In this document: one piece after another, positions 40,176 through 47,600 of the stretch
How the letters are laid out: each line of letters starts with the position of its first letter
How positions within the stretch are numbered: position 1 is the stretch's first letter
From: Bradymonadia bacterium
Lineage (GTDB): Bacteria; Myxococcota_A; Bradymonadia; UBA7976; UBA1532
DNA length: 64,000 nt
Reading direction: 5' to 3'
NCBI GenBank assembly: GCA_044376085.1
Contig: JBILLN010000009.1
Location: 524 to 64,523, forward strand
The notes under the pieces: model-generated
Database searches by the model: none
What the model was told of the DNA's origin: nothing
The model's input: the letters and a program-made list of their open reading frames with translations, nothing else
Translations under genes and position numbers: made by a program

Positions 40176-40715
40176 ATGAAACTCCGGTGGGTCTTCATCG
40201 CAGTGGGTCTGTTCGTCACGACGTCGGCCGATGCCGGGCCACAGGCGAAAAAGCCCCTCAAGCAGGTCCTCAACATCACCCACGTGGGCGACCACGTGAT
40301 CGCCCCGTCGACCTCCCAAGGCGCGGAAGGCCGCGCGAGGTCGGTCTATCTCGGCCACCGACTGGAATGCATCGCCAAACCGAGTGAGCAGCGCTTCGTC
40401 AACGCGCACGCATCCCACCCGCTCCGCCACGTCGACGGCACCGTCGACGAGGGCATCACGGTCTGTGTCGACACGGCGCACAAGTACACCCTGGCCAAGG
40501 ACGTCGCGCCCGATCCGGCCGCCCTGACCGTCGGGACCCTCGTCTACACGCCGGATCCGACCGGCAAGGCGTTCTTCCACCTGGGTCGCATCAAGGCGGT
40601 CGGTGCCATGCTCACCGTCGGCTCTTCCGAATGCGGGGGCGCGGGCAACATCCCGGACCGGCAGGTCGCCCCGAGCGCCGTGCGTCTGCCCCTGACCAAA
40701 CTGCCCTGTGAGTAG
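40176..40715 (+). CDS. Hypothetical secreted protein
   Basis: GGGAGGTG SD before ATG 40176. Signal peptide MKLRWVFIAVGLFVTTSADA. Confidence 0.6.
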   Translation: MKLRWVFIAVGLFVTTSADAGPQAKKPLKQVLNITHVGDHVIAPSTSQGAEGRARSVYLGHRLECIAKPSEQRFVNAHASHPLRHVDGTVDEGITVCVDTAHKYTLAKDVAPDPAALTVGTLVYTPDPTGKAFFHLGRIKAVGAMLTVGSSECGGAGNIPDRQVAPSAVRLPLTKLPCE

Positions 40716-40773
40716 TCGTCACTTCGTGCGACGACGACACATCCCCGGTCCCGACACTGGAAGGAGAGTCCCC

Positions 40774-41112
40774 ATGAACGCGAAACGGTGGATCCGATGC
40801 CTCGTCGCGGGCGCCGCGGCGGTCTTGTTGGCAGCCTCGGCGGCGGACGCGAAGCCGCCGCCCGGCGATCCGGGACGGAACGGCCACGGGAGCGTCTACA
40901 GCATCAACGACCCGGTCGCGAGGCTTCCGTCCGCCACCACCTCGGTCGTCACCAGCCTCGATCACGTGGGTGTCCGCAAGGTGATCGAGGTCGTTCAGCA
41001 GCAGGTCCTGGTCATCAAGACGCTCGGCAAGTCGACCGGCGAGAAACTCGTCATCGAGGCCAAGGTCCACGCCGCGAAGGCGGAGCCCTCTCCGATGCCT
41101 GCGCCGAAGTGA
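40774..41112 (+). CDS. Hypothetical small secreted protein
   Basis: AAGGAG SD (40761-40766). Signal peptide MNAKRWIRCLVAGAAAVLLAASAADA. The 3' end overlaps the convergent kinase gene by 62 nt. Confidence 0.55.
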   Translation: MNAKRWIRCLVAGAAAVLLAASAADAKPPPGDPGRNGHGSVYSINDPVARLPSATTSVVTSLDHVGVRKVIEVVQQQVLVIKTLGKSTGEKLVIEAKVHAAKAEPSPMPAPK

Positions 41113-44100
41113 CGGGGGCCCACCGTCGCCGCTCGAGGGCGGGTTCCGCGCCGAGCGTCCGCAGTTCGGTCTCGAGGGACGCGGTCGGTGTCCCGGTCAG
41201 CGTGGCCAGGGCCAGTCGGGTCACGGCACTCTCGTAGGCGTCGCTCGCCGCCACCCGCACGACGGCCGCCTCGAGCAGTGCGCGCGCGGCGGCCGGGCGT
41301 CCCGAGGCGGCCTCCACCAGGGCGCGGACGCGCGCGGCGTGGGCGTCGGCCGCCGGTGACCCCGTGAGCCTCGCCTCGACCACGCCGCGGTCGGCCTGCT
41401 CGGCCGCACGCGCCCGGTCTCCCCGACGAAGGGCCACGCGAGCCAGACCGCCGCGGGTCTCGAAGAGCACGCCCCGCGCGCGGCAGCGCTCGGCCAGCGC
41501 GGCCGAGGACTCGAACGCCGCCTCGGCCTCGTCGAGGCGGTCCTGGTCGAGGCGGATCAGGCCCAGGTTGTTCGCCGCGATGACACGTCGGGTATCGATG
41601 CCAGCCAGCGCGGCCAGCTCCAAGGCGGCGTTCGTCTGTTGGGCGGCCTCCTCCAGTCGACCCCGGTTGTGGAGACAGACCCCGAGGTTGATGTGACCCC
41701 GGATGCGACCCGCCGTGTCCCCCGCCTCGGTCGCCAGCGCCAAGGCCCGTTCGTTCGCGGCGAGCTGATGGTCCCAGCGGCCCGCGCGCAGCTCGACGGC
41801 CCCGAGGTTGGACCACGTCTGGGCAGCCACCGCCGGAGCGTCCAGCTCGCCGAGCAGGCGGAACGCCGCCTCCACGTCCGCACGGCCGGCGTCCGGTCGT
41901 CCGAGCACGTACCCGACGAGCCAGCCGCGCCGCCCGAGCAGCAGCGCGCGCATGATCCGGTCCCCGCCGGACCCGAGCTCGTCGAGGGCGGCGTCGAGGT
42001 GGTGCACGGCCAGCGCGTGCTCGCCGCCCGTCCAGTGGATCTCGGCGAGCAGTCGCCGCGCCTCCGCCCGGACGAGCGAGCGGCCCGGCTCGTTCCGCAG
42101 GAGGGCGCGAGCGGCCCATCGGCCGGCGTCGTCCATCTCACCTTGCTCGAACGCGGCGCGGGCGCCCGCCACGAGCAGGCCGGCCACATCGACGGGCAGC
42201 TCCCGCGGGAACGCCGCGTCGGGCTCGGCCAACGCGGGCCACAGGCGGTCCAGCTCGGCGACCACGGCGCGGTAGATCTCCAGCGCACCGGGGACGTCAC
42301 CCTGAACCTCCAGGCGCCGGCCGGCCCGGAGATGCCATGCCATTGCCCGGCGCCAACGGCCCGACGCGCGGCAGAGTTCACCGAGCGCCCGCAGACCCAG
42401 GGGGGTGAGCGCAGCGGCCCGCGCGTCGAGCCACGCCTCGGCGGCCACCTGCACCCCGGTCATCTCCTCGACCGGACACTCGGCCCGCAGGGCCCGGCGT
42501 TCCTCCCCCCCCGCGAACTGGAGCGCAGCCGTGCCGGCCACGACGGCGACGTGGGTGGTCACCAGATGGCGTCCCGCGAGCAAGCGGTCGATGTCTTCCG
42601 GCGCCCCACCGACCGCCTCGAGCAACGCCCGGGGAAAGATCTCGCCCAGGCAGGCGGCCATCCTCAGCGTTCGGCGGGCTCGCTCGTTCGGGACCCCGGC
42701 GATGCCCGACGACCCCTGGGGCACCGATTCCACCGCCGCGAGCGAGAGTCGCTCGACGGCGCCCTCGGCGTCGCCGGGTGGTGCGAGCTCGGCGAGCAGG
42801 GCCGGAGCCTCGCACAGGCGCTCGGCGGCGAACGCCAGGAAGCGCCGGACGCGGGACCGTGTCGTCTCGCCCCCGCCGAGCAGAACCAGCACGGGCCGTC
42901 GCTTCGCCAGTGTCTCCACGAGGCGCATGAGCAGGACGACCTCGTCCGGCGGTGGACACAGCGCGGGGGCGAGGGTGAGCTCGTAGGCGTCCCGCTCCCC
43001 GGCGAACCCGGCCATCTCGCGGGCGAGCGCCGGCTCCGCGGCGAGGTCGTCCGGTGCCCCGGGCCGACGCGCCTCCTCCGCGGCCCGGGCGGACCAGCGG
43101 CCGAGCGCATCTCCGAAGGGGCCACGGGACCGCGGCGCCCCGGCGGCCGACGCGTCGACCCCCGCGCCCCCGACCAGGCACGCCCAGCCTTCGGCCTCGA
43201 GCGCGCCGACCCAGCCCGAGGCGAGCGCGTCGCGTCGCTCACCGGGCGTGCCGACCAGGGTCAACCGCGCCGCCCGACCGGAGGCGGCCACCGCCCTGGC
43301 CCGCTCCACCAGCCCCGCGAGGGCCTCGGCCGTTCGGCCGGTGAGCTCGTGGCCGGCGAGCTCGGGGGTCAACTCGACCGCCGTGGCCTCGCCGAGCGCC
43401 GTCGGCGAGACCGCGAGCAGCATCGTGGGCTGCGCGACCTCGACCGTCTCGCGCGGGGCAGCCGATGGGACGGGATGATCGGTCCGCCGCAGGATGTCCG
43501 CGAGCTCGGCATCCACGGCCGAGGCGCTCGGCGGGCGGTCGAGCGGGTGAGTCGCCAGCAGCCGGGCGACGAGCTCGGCCAGGCCCGGCGGGAGGGGGCG
43601 GTCCGGCGCCGCCACCAGGGGCGGGGCGGGGGCCCGGGTCTTGGCGACGATCACCTGCAACGGCGGACCCTCGAACGGCAGTCGGCCCGCGAACGCCTGA
43701 AAGATCATCACGCCGAGCGCGTACAGGTCCGCCTCCGGGCCCACCGGGCCGCCCCGCGCCTGCTCCGGCGCCATGTAGGCCGGCGTTCCCGGCACGCCCC
43801 GCCGACCGTCGTCTCGGCCGCCGTCGGCGCCCAGCGTCTGGGCCGGAGCGATGGTCGCGATCCCGAAGTCCATGAGCCAGGCGTGGGGCGCACCCGAGGC
43901 CGACGTCGCCACGATGACGTTCTCGGGTTTCAGATCGCGATGCACGACGCCCCGGTCGTGGGCGTACGCCAGCGCGTCGAGGAGCTGCCGAACGACGACG
44001 AGGCGCGCCGGCGCCGACAGCTTCGGGAACACCTCGTTCAGGGAGCGCCCGGTGATCCGCGGCATGGCAATCCAGAGCAGGTCGCCGACCGTCCCCCACG

Positions 44101-44374
44101 CCTCGACCCCCACGATGTGCGGATGCCCGAGTCGCGCCGCGGCCTGGATCTCGTGGAGACCCGTCGGATCCCCCGGGACCGTGCGCAGAAGCTTCACCGC
44201 GAACGAGCGCGCGTCCTCCGCGCGCGTCGCGGCATGGACCACCCCCATGCCCCCCCGGCCGAGGAGGTCGCCGAGGCGGAAGGGGCCCACGTGTTCGACC
44301 GGTGGGGTCGCCGAAGCGGCGCCCGTCGGCGTGCGGCCGTCGGCCGGAGGACCCTTCTTTGCGGCGTCCGTCAT
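41051..44374 (-). CDS. Ser/Thr protein kinase fused to a degenerate STAND/AAA-like region and TPR repeats
   Basis: GRGGMGVVHAA...FAVKLL, HRDLKPENV, DFG and GTPAYMAPE. Then LVGTPGERRDAL where related kinases have a Walker A motif. The C-terminal half has TPR-like Ala/Leu-rich repeats. ATG 44374 is preceded by GGGAG. Confidence 0.9.
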   Translation of the reverse strand: MTDAAKKGPPADGRTPTGAASATPPVEHVGPFRLGDLLGRGGMGVVHAATRAEDARSFAVKLLRTVPGDPTGLHEIQAAARLGHPHIVGVEAWGTVGDLLWIAMPRITGRSLNEVFPKLSAPARLVVVRQLLDALAYAHDRGVVHRDLKPENVIVATSASGAPHAWLMDFGIATIAPAQTLGADGGRDDGRRGVPGTPAYMAPEQARGGPVGPEADLYALGVMIFQAFAGRLPFEGPPLQVIVAKTRAPAPPLVAAPDRPLPPGLAELVARLLATHPLDRPPSASAVDAELADILRRTDHPVPSAAPRETVEVAQPTMLLAVSPTALGEATAVELTPELAGHELTGRTAEALAGLVERARAVAASGRAARLTLVGTPGERRDALASGWVGALEAEGWACLVGGAGVDASAAGAPRSRGPFGDALGRWSARAAEEARRPGAPDDLAAEPALAREMAGFAGERDAYELTLAPALCPPPDEVVLLMRLVETLAKRRPVLVLLGGGETTRSRVRRFLAFAAERLCEAPALLAELAPPGDAEGAVERLSLAAVESVPQGSSGIAGVPNERARRTLRMAACLGEIFPRALLEAVGGAPEDIDRLLAGRHLVTTHVAVVAGTAALQFAGGEERRALRAECPVEEMTGVQVAAEAWLDARAAALTPLGLRALGELCRASGRWRRAMAWHLRAGRRLEVQGDVPGALEIYRAVVAELDRLWPALAEPDAAFPRELPVDVAGLLVAGARAAFEQGEMDDAGRWAARALLRNEPGRSLVRAEARRLLAEIHWTGGEHALAVHHLDAALDELGSGGDRIMRALLLGRRGWLVGYVLGRPDAGRADVEAAFRLLGELDAPAVAAQTWSNLGAVELRAGRWDHQLAANERALALATEAGDTAGRIRGHINLGVCLHNRGRLEEAAQQTNAALELAALAGIDTRRVIAANNLGLIRLDQDRLDEAEAAFESSAALAERCRARGVLFETRGGLARVALRRGDRARAAEQADRGVVEARLTGSPAADAHAARVRALVEAASGRPAAARALLEAAVVRVAASDAYESAVTRLALATLTGTPTASLETELRTLGAEPALERRRWAPVTSAQASERAPPSRRGPWPR

Positions 44375-44617
44375 CCTGCTCCCGGGACGAACGACGGCAC
44401 GAGACATCCGGTCCTCGACGCCCGCCGTCGTTCGGCGTCGCGGCGCCCGGGGCAGGGCCCTGACGGTCCGGTCCGGCTGACCCGAACGGTCTTTCGCGTA
44501 CCACGGTCGGGGATGCCGGACAACGAGCCCCACGCCGTCCGCGACTGGGCGACCGACGTCGCGTGACGCGGGTCAAGTCGCCCCTGCGCTTCGTGGAGGG
44601 CACCCGCGCGACACCTC

Positions 44618-44642
44618 GGAACTTTTCCGGTGATGCCGCGTT
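44618..44642 (+). promoter_or_regulatory. ECF-sigma-type promoter candidate (GGAAC-N16-CGTT)
   Basis: GGAAC (44618-44622), a 16-nt spacer, then CGTT (44639-44642). About 50 nt upstream of ATG 44693. Confidence 0.3.
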
Positions 44643-44692
44643 CCAAGGCGAGTAGTTCTGGACACGGTCGATTCATCGGAAGGTGAGGGGAC

Positions 44693-47600
44693 ATGAGCAC
44701 GCAGCGTTTGCGGCCGGAGGCTCGAGCGAATCACGATGCGTTCGCCCGGACGGGCCACGGCCAGGCCTTGCGCGATTGGCTCGGAGCGCATGGTGGGGTG
44801 TGCGCCGCGCTCCTGAGGGACGCCGGCGCGCCCGATCCGGACGCCGCCCTGGTGACCAGCCTGTCCGGGTTCTTGGCCCGGCGTCACCGGAATCCGGACG
44901 CGCAGTGGCCGCTGGACCTGCTGCGGGCGCTCTTCGATGCGGCCCCGACCGCCACGGCCGGCGAGCTCGGCCGCCGGGCGCTCGCCCTCGCCGGGCGGAT
45001 CGGGCTCGACCTCGACGGCCTCGCCCACGTGCTGCGGCGGCCCCACGACGAGGTCCGGGCCGCGCTCTCGTCGACGTGCCATCGCCTGCTGCCGTCGGAG
45101 CGCTCGCTGGTCGACGGTGCGTTTCACCCGAGTCCCGAAGACCGGATCGCGCTGGCGACGGGGACGCTGCCCGCGGCCCATCTCCCGGCCGTCTCGACTC
45201 ACCTGACGACGTGCACCGCCTGCCGCGTCGACGTGGAGGCCGTGCGCGAGGTCGTCGCCCGGGCCCTGCCGGAAGCGACGGCGACCCTGGCCCCCGAGCT
45301 CGTGGACCGGGTCGTTCAGGCCGCCCTCACGGCGCGCCTGGCCCATGCCGCGGTGCCCCGCGCGCTGCGGTTCACCGGCCTGACCCCCGGCGCGCCCCGC
45401 CGGCCGCTCCGGCTGGGCATCGTGGGCGTGCTGGCGCTGCTCACGCTGGTCACCGGCGTCACCTGGGCCTGGCAGGCCCGCCTCGCCGCGCAGACCATCG
45501 AGACCGAGCTCGTGCTCCTCGACGCGCCCGAACTGCTCGCGGGGGCCTCGACGGCCGTCTCCGTGCAGCTCCGCCCGGTACCATCCGCCGAGGCCCCGAC
45601 CGCGCCCCGAAACCCGCCCGAACCGACCGAGGTGCGCGTCGTCCTGCGGGGGCCGGCCGGTCGCGAACTGGCTCGTGGAGCGGTGAAGACCGACGCGAAC
45701 GGCCTCGCCATCGTGCCCCTGACCGTCGGCGGTCTCGACGAGGGGCAGGTCTCGGCCTCCCTGGAAGCGGAAGCCGACGTCGACGGCGAACGCCGCCGGT
45801 TCTCGACCCCGGTGAACGTCGTCCGGCGCCTGCGACAGGTGATCTCGGCGGACAAACCGACCTACCAGCCCGGCCAGACCGTGCATCTTCGCGGCCTGAG
45901 CCTGGACGAGGGCAGCGGCAAACCCCTCGCCGGCCGGCCCGCCCGCCTCGAACTGCGGGATCCGCGCGGCAACCGGCTCGTCGACGTCCAGACCACCGTC
46001 TCGCCCCATGGCGTGACGGCCACCGATGTCGAACTTTCCGCCGGGGCCGCGCTCGGCCGGTACACCGCGCGGCTGATTCTCGAGGGCCAGAACGGCACCG
46101 CCGAGACGAGCTTGCTCGTCGAACGCTACACCCTGCCGCCGTTCGCGGTCTCCGTGAAGGCCGGCGTGCCCTCGACGGACGGGCGCGAGCCCTTCGACGT
46201 GGACGTCGAGGCGAAGTTCACCACCGGCGTGCCGATGGCCCGGGGCATGGCCCGCCTGACCGTCTTCGCCGACGGCCAGGAGGTCTTTACCGGCACCCGC
46301 CGCATCGAAGCCGGCAAGGCCCGCCTGACGGTGCGCCTGCCCGACTGGCTCGCCTCGCAGACCTACCGTCCGCCGACGACGCTGGTGCTGCACGCCGCCG
46401 TGCGGGACCCGGCCGGCCGCGCCGAGGAGGGCCGCGGGGGCCTCGAACTCCAGGGCGACGCGATGACCGTGACGCTGCTGAGCGAGGCGCCGAGCGTGCG
46501 CCGGTCCCTGCCGCGCCTGAACCGCCTCATCGTGCGCACGCAGCGACCGGACGGCACGCCGGTCTCCGCCCCGGTCGTTCTCTTCTCGCCCGGGGAGGGC
46601 GAACTCGAAACCGTCGGTGCGGGCGAGCGCCTCGGCGAGACCACGACCAACGCCGACGGTCTCGCCTTCCTGGACCTGCCGACCGCCTACTTCGGCCGCC
46701 CGCTGGCCGTCCTGGCGACGGATCCGCAGGACAGGAAGGCCTACTGGACTTCGATGCCGGCGCCGGCCATGCGGGAGGGCGCCCTGGTGCTCGGCTGCGA
46801 GAAGGCCCTCGTGCGGGCCGGTCGGCCGCTGCGCTGCGAGGTCTTCGTGCCCTCGCCGCGCGCGCGCACGGTGCGTGCCGAACTCGGCGGGCGGATCATC
46901 GCCCTGGCCGCCACCCCGGCCATGCAGGGCATCTATCCGGTCGAGCTCGCCCTGCCGGCCAGCGCGCCCGGCCTCGTCCGCATCACGATGGAGGACGCAC
47001 CGACGGAGGATGCGGTGCACGTCCTCGTGGCCCCCCACGACGGCCTGCGCATCGAGCTCTCTGGCCTCGACGGCACGCGCGAGCCCGGCGCCGAGATCGG
47101 CCTGGGCCTGAAGGTCACCAACGCCGCCGGTCAGCCCCGGGCGGCCAGCGTCGGCCTCGCCGTGGTGGACGCGGCCGTCTTCGCCCGCGTGGCCGGGGCG
47201 ACGCCGAAACAGATCATCTCGCGGCTCTTCGAGCAGCCGGGCCTCGCGCCCGCAGGCATGGCGCTGCTGTTCGCCGAGCGCACCGAGAGCGGAGGCGCGC
47301 CCGATGCCGACCCCTGGTCGGCCCTGCAGCAGACCGAGGCGCGGTGGCTGCTGGCCGGCGCGCGGGCCCCGGTCGCCGCCGTCCGCACCGGTTCTTCGCT
47401 GCCGAGCGATGCCATGGCGCTCTCGAGCCGGATCTGGTCGGCCCGCAGCACCGCGCAGACGTCGTTGGGTCTGACGATGCTGGCCTTCACGGCCGCCCTG
47501 CTGCTCACGTTCCTGGTCGTCTCGTTCTGGTTCCGGGCGACGTTCGTGGCCCTGTGCGCCGCGCTGTTGACGGCCGTCGGCCTCAAGTTCCTGCTCGGTG

